Positions 1-8,494 of a stretch of DNA of 36,883 nucleotides are shown one piece after another. This stretch comes from a virus. Lineage: Duplodnaviria > Caudoviricetes. The stretch lies in IMG/VR virus record IMGVR_UViG_3300025082_000028, positions 1-36,883 of that record; one strand, given 5' to 3'. The notes below the pieces were generated by a model that saw only the letters and a list, made by a program, of their open reading frames with translations, did no database searches and was not told the DNA's origin. How positions within the stretch are numbered: the stretch's first letter is position 1; each line of letters begins with the position of its first letter. Both the position numbers and the translations under genes were made by a program.

Positions 1-3000
1 GTAGAACAAGCTGTCGGCCAAGCGAAGGTCAAGGCCGAGAAGAAGCTAGCCGGTCTGAAGGCGAAAGCAGTACAGCTTGAAGCCCAACTTGATAAGGTCA
101 AAGAGGAAGGAATTGTAGATTATGCCAAAGATGCAACCAAGGATCTCCGGAGCGATCTAGCAGACCAGTTTTCCGAGATGAAAGGTGAGACGCTTGAAAA
201 GGGCGAAGAGTGGCTTGACAAACTTGCCGAAATGACCGGCCTAGATAGTTTGATGGGGGCTGTTGGCGGCGGTACCGAGGGTGTCAAATCCGAAATTAAA
301 GAAATGACTATCAGCCATCAATGTTATTTGCTAGCGCGCGCACAGGAGTTGGCCACTCTCAAAAAGACACACTTAGAGATACAAAACCCTAAAAAATTAC
401 CTTATTGGCATCCCGGCAAACCTAATCCCAACCATTTAAATTGGTGGTGTCGCAAAAGAGGAACTCCTCCAAAATCTCTTTCTAAAAATGATAAGAAGAA
501 ACTGGCGAAAGCCCAGGAAACGGTAAGAAAGTTGACGGCACAGGAGAAAACAGAGGGCAATGAGTACAAATCGGCGGCCTCTGTAGTAAGCGAGTTTGGC
601 CCGCGCCCGGAGTGTCCTGCTCCTTTTTATGCTTCCAACGCCTGCTTGATGGCTGATTGTGATCCGTTTACGTTTATGAATCGGCTTACTCAAAATCCAA
701 ATCAAGCTACGTTTTTTAATATGTCGCCTGCCCAGGTGTCAAGCCTTGTCCCTCGTATCAGACTTTATAAGGTGACTTTTGATGATAAAGGAGGAGAAAC
801 TCAGCGAGAAATTAATTTTAGCTCATACGCCACTTCCGACGATGTAAAGGATATTTTTTCTAATAAATTACGGCGTGGATTTGGGGTGGGCCTCAAAGAC
901 TTTGAATTTACTTACGATGGCAATAACCCCTTTGCAGCTAAAAAAAGCATCAAGGCCGAACTTACTATTTTTGCGAACAGTTTAGATGAGTTGTTTAAAG
1001 AACGTGGCGGATATAAATATGTGGATTTGGCTCTGAAAACGGGCGGCCCAGCCGAAGATGCGACGCCGCCCCCTGCACCCCCCGTAAATTCCAACAACGT
1101 GACTAAAAAGGCATATAGAGAACATATTAAAAACCTTCAAGAACTACGCTTTCGCATTAAAGCTGTGGTAGGGTGGGCAGACCCCCGGGCCGTTGGCGCG
1201 CCCTCTCACATTGATACCGATCTGATGAACGCCATTTCTGAATCATATGTTACCCTTAATTTAACCCCGACGACTCATGATTTTAAATTAGACGAAATGG
1301 GTCGTGTTACTTTCACTATCTCCTATCTTGCATACGTAGATGAGTTTTACGGAGACGCTAAGTTTAATGTATTTTCTGATCCCGGAGTAGAACTTGAACG
1401 TACCATCAGGCGTTTGTCTAAAAAGAAGGCCCAAACTGAATGTGATTCCACCACCCCTAGTGATGAGGAAAACAAGCGAATTCAAGGTGAAAATCAAAAA
1501 AGTCTCGCGAGTCTATTTAAGAGACTACAGGATCGAGGTCGACTGAAATGGTTAAGCGCCAGCACTTCCGACATTAAAAAACTTAAAAGTGAAGGGCCAG
1601 CCATGAAATTTGCGGGTGGCGCCATGAAGCGCAATCAAATTCTAGACAGCGCGCCCAACGATGGCCCAGGAGTCGTTCCTATCTCCTTTGTATTTGTAAG
1701 TGATTTGTTGGACACAATTCTGGAAAACCTAGAGGTGACTCTTAGTACGATGCCTACACTGCTAGCCAAAAGTGCAGGACTCAAGCAACATGTTGAACAA
1801 CATTTGGTAGATCCGGATGATGTAGCGCGCGAGATCGGAGATTATGTTAAGTTTTATAAACAGTTTACGAGATTTAGAGTCCTTTTGGGGCCGATGGAAA
1901 TGCGCAGCGCCCGTGATGATGCCATTAATAAATTTTCTTTAATCAACATGGGAGATTTGCCGATTGCCACTCAATATCTTAACGAATGGTTGGCCGCAAA
2001 CTTCCTAAAGACTTCCCGCACTATTTATCCCCTAAGCACTTTTCTTACAGATTTATTTAATCAACTGGTGAGAAACTTTTTGAATGGTGCTGATTGTTTT
2101 GGAGAAGCAACGGGAGATCTGCGCACCCGCCTCAATCAAGCAGTAATAACCTCCTATGATACAAAAGATGGAAACGATAAGCATGATCGAATCACCAAAC
2201 TTCTGGCGCGCCCATCTGCGTGGGGACCACAGCGGCCCTATCGGGATGGAGTCTGGGCCTCCCGACTGCCCTTGGCGATGGCGCCCAATACTCCCCTCTT
2301 GCGTATAGCTGGGCCGATAGATTTGCCTATAGCCTCCGGCGGCGCAGAACAGGAAATCCACTATTTAACCTTTTTCGTTGGGCGGTCAGCGCCAGCCGAA
2401 CAGATGCAGGGCATCAAAAAGTCCTACAAAGACAAAGCGGGCGTTATTGTACCGGGCGACGAAGCCCGAGGAATTTTTCATTATGCGATTGGGCAGCGCG
2501 CCGGAATTGTTAAAAAAATAAAATTAGCTAAGACTGAATCCAAATATCTTAAAGAAGTGAGATTCGAACAAGAAGGATATGCGGGCCTTGAACAGCTGCG
2601 GGAAGTATATGATGTAGAAATCGACACTTTTCCAAATGTGCGCACATATCCCGGCACCTATATTTATGTCGACCCCCGAGGATTTGCTCCTGATAGTGGG
2701 GTTGCCGACGGGAGTATTGATCTTACTCAATTCGGAGTCGGCGGATATTGTATGATCATCCGATCAACGACGCGACTTGGGCCCGGCGTCGCCAATACCC
2801 ACCTCACCGCGAAGTGGGTTGCCTCCAAAGAGGCCAAAAATATTGCAGATGTTCCACCCACACAAGCAGAGACTAAGTGTGAAGAAGCCGCTCAATTGCG
2901 CAAAGGTGCATCTTTTAGCATGGATTGGTCTGGTATAGGGGATTCTTTGAAAGGGCAATTGCTTAGTCTCTGGGACGACACCACAGAATTTGCTTCGGAG

Positions 3001-3069
3001 AAACTAGATAGTGTTAGCTCCTGGGCCGAAAAGGAATGGGAGCAAATAGATCTCAATCCGCTTGATTAA
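1..3069 (+). CDS. Large protein, 5'-truncated by the window edge; C-terminal part resembles tail/baseplate hub (gp27/gpD-like) proteins
   Basis: Frame is open from base 1 (VEQAVGQAKVK...) into the 178..3069 ORF. The C-terminal pattern 'YDVEIDTFPNVRTYPGTYIYVDP...GVGGYCMIIRSTTRLGPG..THLTAKW' resembles the end of phage baseplate hub/late-control proteins (recalled resemblance only). Confidence 0.5.
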   Translation, partial: VEQAVGQAKVKAEKKLAGLKAKAVQLEAQLDKVKEEGIVDYAKDATKDLRSDLADQFSEMKGETLEKGEEWLDKLAEMTGLDSLMGAVGGGTEGVKSEIKEMTISHQCYLLARAQELATLKKTHLEIQNPKKLPYWHPGKPNPNHLNWWCRKRGTPPKSLSKNDKKKLAKAQETVRKLTAQEKTEGNEYKSAASVVSEFGPRPECPAPFYASNACLMADCDPFTFMNRLTQNPNQATFFNMSPAQVSSLVPRIRLYKVTFDDKGGETQREINFSSYATSDDVKDIFSNKLRRGFGVGLKDFEFTYDGNNPFAAKKSIKAELTIFANSLDELFKERGGYKYVDLALKTGGPAEDATPPPAPPVNSNNVTKKAYREHIKNLQELRFRIKAVVGWADPRAVGAPSHIDTDLMNAISESYVTLNLTPTTHDFKLDEMGRVTFTISYLAYVDEFYGDAKFNVFSDPGVELERTIRRLSKKKAQTECDSTTPSDEENKRIQGENQKSLASLFKRLQDRGRLKWLSASTSDIKKLKSEGPAMKFAGGAMKRNQILDSAPNDGPGVVPISFVFVSDLLDTILENLEVTLSTMPTLLAKSAGLKQHVEQHLVDPDDVAREIGDYVKFYKQFTRFRVLLGPMEMRSARDDAINKFSLINMGDLPIATQYLNEWLAANFLKTSRTIYPLSTFLTDLFNQLVRNFLNGADCFGEATGDLRTRLNQAVITSYDTKDGNDKHDRITKLLARPSAWGPQRPYRDGVWASRLPLAMAPNTPLLRIAGPIDLPIASGGAEQEIHYLTFFVGRSAPAEQMQGIKKSYKDKAGVIVPGDEARGIFHYAIGQRAGIVKKIKLAKTESKYLKEVRFEQEGYAGLEQLREVYDVEIDTFPNVRTYPGTYIYVDPRGFAPDSGVADGSIDLTQFGVGGYCMIIRSTTRLGPGVANTHLTAKWVASKEAKNIADVPPTQAETKCEEAAQLRKGASFSMDWSGIGDSLKGQLLSLWDDTTEFASEKLDSVSSWAEKEWEQIDLNPLD

Positions 3070-3109
3070 CGACTGAGACCATCATTAATAGTTATAAGGA
3101 AAATATACA

Positions 3110-4366
3110 ATGGCAGATTTTTTTGTAGACTCCAATGGCGCCGGCTCGCGCGAACTATTTGAAAAACGCATATACTATAGAAATCAGATTTCGCAACTTG
3201 CTCCATCTATAACAAATTTTAATTTTGGAGAGAAATATTTTTATGGGAGAGTAGATCGTCATTTTGTGCCCATTGTGGTGAAAACAAATCTTTTAGAGCA
3301 ATTTAAGGCCGATCTCGTAGAAGGCACAGGCGCCGGTGATCTTAATTTTGTGGTACGCGCATTTAATGATGTTCAACAACAATTTAAAAAGTGTGCAATG
3401 ACACGAAAAATCGCTACCGACGATCCCTTCCTAAGTAATTTAAGGGTATACGGAGCAATCGCAAGTCATCGGACTTTATATTCGGATCATCTCGCTGAGC
3501 AATTTAACTTGATTAAAAGAGCTTTCGAGGCTCAGCCCATAAGAGTGAGAAATTTTGAACAGTTTATGGACTTGTTTTTAAAAATTAAACAAGATAGGTT
3601 TTATAAAACTCCTTTTACAAAACCAGCATTCATCAAAAGTGCACTGTGTCCCTTGAATGCTAGTGGACTAGTGATTGAAATCGCGGACATTGAAGCTGAC
3701 AACGACGCAGAAAAGATTGAAAAAATTGTTAGGAGCAAAAACTGGAACTTTTTTATTAATGCATGTAATTCATATGGTTTTATGGTGGACGAAAACGTTC
3801 CTTATCGTATGGTAGCCGATATTGGCTCTGCCTATATGCTTCACTATGCCTCTCAAGATAATTTTTACACAACTGATCACATTCTCGACGAAGCTTATCA
3901 ATATGCCCACGATGAATATTTTCCTCATTTTAAATACTACTTGTTGCGTCTTTACAATAAGGTGCGCACTCAGAGTTTTCTCGAACGGACGGAGTGCGAA
4001 GGCCACACAGTTATTAAAAAAATTGCCCCTAAAAAATATTCCAAAGCAGACTTTGATGCCCTCTTTCATGAAAAGCAATTTGTATATTGGTATTGTAAAA
4101 TTAGATTGTTGGAAGAGACCACGTCCTTGCGCCCTGACCAACAAGAAGTGTTAATAGATGATGTCCGGGAACTCCATCAAAGCAACGGAGTTTCAGAAGC
4201 TCTTAAAGTTTTTGAACTAATAATCAACAAACCATTTGACTATAGCGGCTCTTTGGGTTATATTTATAACAAGCTCCGGGCCCGGGCAGACGCGAGCCCA
4301 GGCAAACACAACGTACGAAGCGCTACTTCCCCCATGGGAGGCGGCAAATCGGGAGGTAGTTATTGA
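3110..4366 (+). CDS. Hypothetical phage protein (418 aa)
   Basis: Long ORF with an AAGGA RBS upstream; its stop overlaps the next start (TTGA). No recognisable motif. Confidence 0.75.
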   Translation: MADFFVDSNGAGSRELFEKRIYYRNQISQLAPSITNFNFGEKYFYGRVDRHFVPIVVKTNLLEQFKADLVEGTGAGDLNFVVRAFNDVQQQFKKCAMTRKIATDDPFLSNLRVYGAIASHRTLYSDHLAEQFNLIKRAFEAQPIRVRNFEQFMDLFLKIKQDRFYKTPFTKPAFIKSALCPLNASGLVIEIADIEADNDAEKIEKIVRSKNWNFFINACNSYGFMVDENVPYRMVADIGSAYMLHYASQDNFYTTDHILDEAYQYAHDEYFPHFKYYLLRLYNKVRTQSFLERTECEGHTVIKKIAPKKYSKADFDALFHEKQFVYWYCKIRLLEETTSLRPDQQEVLIDDVRELHQSNGVSEALKVFELIINKPFDYSGSLGYIYNKLRARADASPGKHNVRSATSPMGGGKSGGSY

Positions 4367-5553
4367 TTTTTCAGACCCTAGATGATAAATCGGAATGTGT
4401 TGGTGTATATGTGGATGGCAAGTTATGGTTTGACGAACCTCCATCGAGTTTGACCAAGACATGGCGCTATAGTGGGTATATTCCTCCAGAAGAAAAAGTG
4501 GAGTATGCCTGGATTTACGGCAATGGGCTTTCTTTACAAGAGGCATGCCCCGATCACCTACTGACACGTTACGAAAAAATTCGTAAAAAAATAGCAGCCT
4601 ATAAAAAATCGTTTGATATCGCCAAGGTTAATTTGCGCCACCACTGTTTTTTTGATTTAGTGCCTCATGACGCCTTGTTAGAATTTTGCGAGGTTAAAAA
4701 TCAAATTACAGAACATGTGATAGAGCACAATGAGCGCCCTTCCAATTATGACCATATGGATAAGGCATATAAATTGCTTTTTAAGATAAAGCAACGCGAC
4801 TTAAATCTAAACAATGAAGATTGTCGCAACCTTTTTGTACAAAGTGGCTTGCGACATGCTTCGCAAAAGATTTTAAATGGACCTCGTCATATAGATTATA
4901 ATCTTTTTGGAACGATCACGGGCCGCCTGACAACAAGTCCCAGATCACTCCCCATTCTGACAATGAAAAAAGAATTGCGTAGGCTCATTAAGCCGCACCA
5001 CGATTGGTTTGTCTCCTTGGATTATAACGGCGCGGAGGTGCGCACACTTTTGGCACTCTCCGGAGAAGAACAGCCGAGAGGAGATATCCACGAGTGGAAT
5101 ATTGTAAATGTTTTTAAAAACACTGGGATGGATCGCGATACCGCCAAGACAACATTTTTTGCATGGCTCTACAACCCAGATGCTGACCATATAAGCGCTT
5201 CTTATTATAATCGTCAAAAAGTACTTGACACTTACTACGATGAGGGGTATATTAATACTGTATTTGACAGGCATATTCTTGTGAATGAGTGGAAGGCGTT
5301 CAATTATTTGATTCAAAGTACGACGGCCGACTTGGTTATCGAGAGGGCCATCGCGATGGATGAGTTTTTACAGGATAAGAAATCGTTTGTTTCTCATATT
5401 GTACATGATGAAATTGTGCTTGATTTTGCGGACGAGGAACGCCATTTAATCCCCGAAATTAAAGAGATGTTCGCAAATAACCAATTAGGGAAATTTATGG
5501 TTAATTTAAAAGCCGGCAAAAACTATTATGATTTAGAGAATCTAGATATATGA
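4363..5553 (+). CDS. Reduced family A DNA polymerase-like protein (palm/fingers motifs; no evident exonuclease or full thumb)
   Basis: Motifs TITGRL, motif A SLDYNGAEVR, motif B RDTAKTTFFAWLY, AFNYLIQSTTAD and motif C HIVHDEIV are present; only 396 aa. Confidence 0.85.
   Translation: MIFQTLDDKSECVGVYVDGKLWFDEPPSSLTKTWRYSGYIPPEEKVEYAWIYGNGLSLQEACPDHLLTRYEKIRKKIAAYKKSFDIAKVNLRHHCFFDLVPHDALLEFCEVKNQITEHVIEHNERPSNYDHMDKAYKLLFKIKQRDLNLNNEDCRNLFVQSGLRHASQKILNGPRHIDYNLFGTITGRLTTSPRSLPILTMKKELRRLIKPHHDWFVSLDYNGAEVRTLLALSGEEQPRGDIHEWNIVNVFKNTGMDRDTAKTTFFAWLYNPDADHISASYYNRQKVLDTYYDEGYINTVFDRHILVNEWKAFNYLIQSTTADLVIERAIAMDEFLQDKKSFVSHIVHDEIVLDFADEERHLIPEIKEMFANNQLGKFMVNLKAGKNYYDLENLDI
5225..5253 (+). 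promoter_or_regulatory. sigma70-type promoter inside the polA-like gene
   Basis: TTGACA(5225-5230)-17 nt-TATATT(5248-5253). Confidence 0.5.
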
Positions 5554-6407
5554 TATCGGTTATAGGCATCGGCTCTGGCGCGTCTGCCATCGCAGAGAAG
5601 TTCGCAGAAACACCTCAATACGAGGTGTATAAATTAAATGATGAGATAATCAAAAATTCTAAGCGAGAATATAAACTTGATAAATTCGATAGCCCAGAAG
5701 AATACGAAAAGCACATCCCTAATTTGAAAAACTTTTTCAAAGATTTACGCCAGCAAATACAGGTGTTTATAGTTGGCACAGCATATAGCTCCAACTATTC
5801 ATTGGGAATCTTGGAGCAACTACGAGGGCGAAAGGTAGATGTATTTTATATTAAGCCGGATATTGAACTAGTAAACGGCGAACGTCGGCTAGTGGAAAAT
5901 ATGACCTTTGGAGTGTTGCAAGAGTATGCTCGGTCTGGCCTTCTTAATTCTTTTACTATCTTTTCTAATGTAGAGGTTGAAAAAACACTGGGGAATGTTC
6001 CGATTAAAGGGTATTATGACACCCTTAATGCATGCATTTTTGCAGCGGTCCATTATGCTAATTATTTTGCTCATGCTGACCCGGAAATTGGTCAAGTATC
6101 AAAACCTGCCGCGATTAATCGTATCCGTAGTATCGGAGCACTCGATATGAAAAATTTAGAAGAAAAATGGTTTTTTGAGCTTGACAGAGAGCGAGATCTG
6201 TGTTATTATTTATGTATAAATGGAGAAAGATTAGAAAAGGAAGGAATGTTGCACCAAAGGATTGTAGATATGCTCAAAAAGAAGCCATCGAATGCTTTTC
6301 GCAAGATTTCATATGCGATTTATGAAACTCCGTATACCGATTTTGGGTACGTCGTGGCCCATACAAACACGATACAACAACAAAATACTCTTGACAAGAT
6401 AGATTGA
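5550..6407 (+). CDS. Tubulin/FtsZ-like protein with a degenerate GTPase signature
   Basis: N-terminal ISVIGIGSGASAIA matches the FtsZ/tubulin first strand-loop. The later pattern (VFIVG..., IKPDIEL, TFGVLQEYARSG, IFSNVEVEK, YYDTLN) follows that fold, but the GGGTG(S/T)G loop reads GTAYSSNYS. Confidence 0.6.
   Translation: MISVIGIGSGASAIAEKFAETPQYEVYKLNDEIIKNSKREYKLDKFDSPEEYEKHIPNLKNFFKDLRQQIQVFIVGTAYSSNYSLGILEQLRGRKVDVFYIKPDIELVNGERRLVENMTFGVLQEYARSGLLNSFTIFSNVEVEKTLGNVPIKGYYDTLNACIFAAVHYANYFAHADPEIGQVSKPAAINRIRSIGALDMKNLEEKWFFELDRERDLCYYLCINGERLEKEGMLHQRIVDMLKKKPSNAFRKISYAIYETPYTDFGYVVAHTNTIQQQNTLDKID
6181..6209 (+). promoter_or_regulatory. sigma70-type promoter inside the tubulin-like gene
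   Basis: TTGACA-17 nt-TATTAT with an extended TG. Confidence 0.5.
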
Positions 6408-6419
6408 GAGTGTTATATT
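6391..6419 (+). promoter_or_regulatory. sigma70-type promoter for ssb
   Basis: TTGACA(6391-6396)-17 nt-TATATT(6414-6419) with TGn; AAGGAG RBS downstream. Confidence 0.75.
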
Positions 6420-6473
6420 AGATATCAAGGAACGCTTGATATACTCTAACCATAAACAACAAAGGAGACAAAA

Positions 6474-7238
6474 ATGTCAATCAATATGGAACTAATGAAA
6501 AAGAAACTGGCCACGTTACGTGGCGAAGGAACAAGGGAGCAGTCGGTCTGGTTTAAGCCAGACGAGGGAGATCAAGACATTCGCATTGTCCCAGCACCTG
6601 ATGGTGATCCACTTAAGGAAATGTATTTCCACTATAATGTGGGAGATCATCGTGGGGGAATCGTATGTCCGAAGCGCAACTTTGATGATCCGTGTCCTAT
6701 TTGTGAGTTTGCATCACAATTATGGCGAGAAGGTGTCGACAAGAATGACGACGAAAGCAAGAAGCTTGCTAAGTCACTTTTTGTTCGTGCGCGCTTTTTC
6801 TCACCAGTCGTGGTGCGCGGCCGCGAAGACGAAGGCGTTAAGATCTATGGATATGGAAAGCGTGCCTATGAAAATCTTCTAGGGTACATTCTTGATCCGG
6901 ACTATGGAGATATCACCGACTCGTTGGAGGGGACGGATATTTCACTTACCTACACTAAGCCCACCGCTCCCGGCGCTTATCCCCAAACAAACCTTAAGAT
7001 GCGCCGAAACACTTCCCCGCTTTTGGAGGACACGGATGCTATCCCCGCCCTCCTTGACAGCATCCCGGATTTTGACCCTCTCTTTGAGCGTCTAACCGCA
7101 GCCCAAATTGATGCCATCCTTGATGAGCAACTAGCCGGCGACGGAAGTGCAGAATCTCGTTCGAAGGAAACCACGAAGTACAGCAGTGGCAAGAATGACG
7201 TGGACCGAGCGTTTAATGAACTGATGGCCACCAAGTAA
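6474..7238 (+). CDS. Single-stranded DNA-binding protein, T4 gp32-like
   Basis: WFKP...IRIVP, a Zn-binding set H/C-x8-CPIC (FHY...CPKRNFDDPCPIC), DITD..EGTDI, and an acidic C-terminus; directly upstream of recA. Confidence 0.8.
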   Translation: MSINMELMKKKLATLRGEGTREQSVWFKPDEGDQDIRIVPAPDGDPLKEMYFHYNVGDHRGGIVCPKRNFDDPCPICEFASQLWREGVDKNDDESKKLAKSLFVRARFFSPVVVRGREDEGVKIYGYGKRAYENLLGYILDPDYGDITDSLEGTDISLTYTKPTAPGAYPQTNLKMRRNTSPLLEDTDAIPALLDSIPDFDPLFERLTAAQIDAILDEQLAGDGSAESRSKETTKYSSGKNDVDRAFNELMATK

Positions 7239-7247
7239 GGTTTGTGT

Positions 7248-7294
7248 AATGCCGCTGGCGCCCCGGCCGGGAAAATAGGGCGCCGCATTTTTTT
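7248..7294 (+). terminator. GC-rich hairpin plus T-tract between ssb and recA
   Basis: AATGC..GGCGCCC / GGGCGCC-GCATT stem followed by TTTTTTT. Confidence 0.65.
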
Positions 7295-7305
7295 AAGGAG
7301 GCACA

Positions 7306-8433
7306 ATGGCTAGAAAAGCCAAAGAACCCAAAGCTGGTCGTGTATCTATGCACGACCTAATGAGTCTTGTTAACAAGAAAGCCGGCCGCAATGTTGCTCA
7401 TGATTTAACAGGTGATAACCCCACCGAAGTAAAAGAGTGGATTCCCACCGGCTCACGTTGGTTAGACTCCATCGTTTGCAAGGGCCGCGTAGCCGGAATC
7501 CCCGTTGGGAAGGTTACAGAACTCGCTGGTCTGGAGAGTACAGGCAAATCCTACATGGCAGCGCAGATAGCCGCAAACGCCCAGAAACAGGGCAAGATGA
7601 TTGTTTACTTCGATTCTGAGTCAGCTATCGACCCAGGCTTCTTGGAGCGCGCAGGATGCGACCTAGGACGTTTAATGTACGTCCAGGCGTCTTCTGTGGA
7701 GTTTGTTCTGGAGACGGTGGAAGAGTTGCTCGGAGCAACTGATCAACAGCTTGTATTTATTTGGGATTCTCTCGCTCTCACTCCATCGGTGTCCGATGTG
7801 GAGGGAGATTTTAATCCCCAATCTTCGATGGCGGTAAAGGCTCGCATTCTTGCAAAGGGAATGTCGAAATTGATCATCCCCATCGCAGATAAGCAAGCAA
7901 CCTTCGTGGTTCTCAACCAACTTAAGACCAACATCCCCAGCGGTCCTAATGCGCGCATCATTGCGATGACCACCCCCTACATGACGCCGGGTGGAAAGGC
8001 GATGCACTATTCGTATTCGCTACGTATCTGGCTCACCGGCCGCAAGGCCAAGGCATCTTTCATCGAAGATGATAAGGGATTCCGCATCGGCTCAGAAGTT
8101 AAGGTAAAGCTGGAGAAATCACGATTTGGAACACAAGGAAGAACCTGTGCTTTCCGCATTCTATGGGGAACAGAGGATATCGGCATTCGTGATGAAGAAT
8201 CATGGTTCGATGCCGTGAAGGGATCGGAATGTCTAAAGAGCGCCGGCGCATGGTACACGCTTTCGCTACCGGATGGATACGAGAAGAAGTTCCAACCCTC
8301 TAAGTGGTGTGAATTGATACAATCAGATGAAGAGTTTAGAACCCATATCTTGAACCTAATGGATGAAGAGGTTGTACAAAAGTTCGACAAACGAGAAGGT
8401 ACAGCCGATCAGTTTTACTCTGATCCTGAATAA
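7306..8433 (+). CDS. recA: RecA/UvsX recombinase
   Basis: IPTGS..LD, Walker A GLESTGKS, YFDSESAID, Walker B FIWDS, NQL, TPGGKAM. Confidence 0.93.
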   Translation: MARKAKEPKAGRVSMHDLMSLVNKKAGRNVAHDLTGDNPTEVKEWIPTGSRWLDSIVCKGRVAGIPVGKVTELAGLESTGKSYMAAQIAANAQKQGKMIVYFDSESAIDPGFLERAGCDLGRLMYVQASSVEFVLETVEELLGATDQQLVFIWDSLALTPSVSDVEGDFNPQSSMAVKARILAKGMSKLIIPIADKQATFVVLNQLKTNIPSGPNARIIAMTTPYMTPGGKAMHYSYSLRIWLTGRKAKASFIEDDKGFRIGSEVKVKLEKSRFGTQGRTCAFRILWGTEDIGIRDEESWFDAVKGSECLKSAGAWYTLSLPDGYEKKFQPSKWCELIQSDEEFRTHILNLMDEEVVQKFDKREGTADQFYSDPE

Positions 8434-8439
8434 AAACGC

Positions 8440-8468
8440 TTGACAGCCCTCCTGTGATCAGTTATACT
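8440..8468 (+). promoter_or_regulatory. sigma70-type promoter
   Basis: TTGACA-17 nt-TATACT; RBS AGGAGG downstream. Confidence 0.8.
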
Positions 8469-8494
8469 TAGGTATAAGCTTGTAGGAGGGCTTT

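Noticed and set aside
215-245. Other TTGACA hexamers (e.g. about 215, 7053, 23888)
   Set aside because: No -10 element at 16-18 nt spacing.
5550-6407. Calling this a nucleus-forming (PhuZ/chimallin) jumbo phage
   Set aside because: The tubulin signature is degenerate, and no chimallin or multisubunit RNAP is recognisable here; the gene set and sigma70 promoters do not support it.
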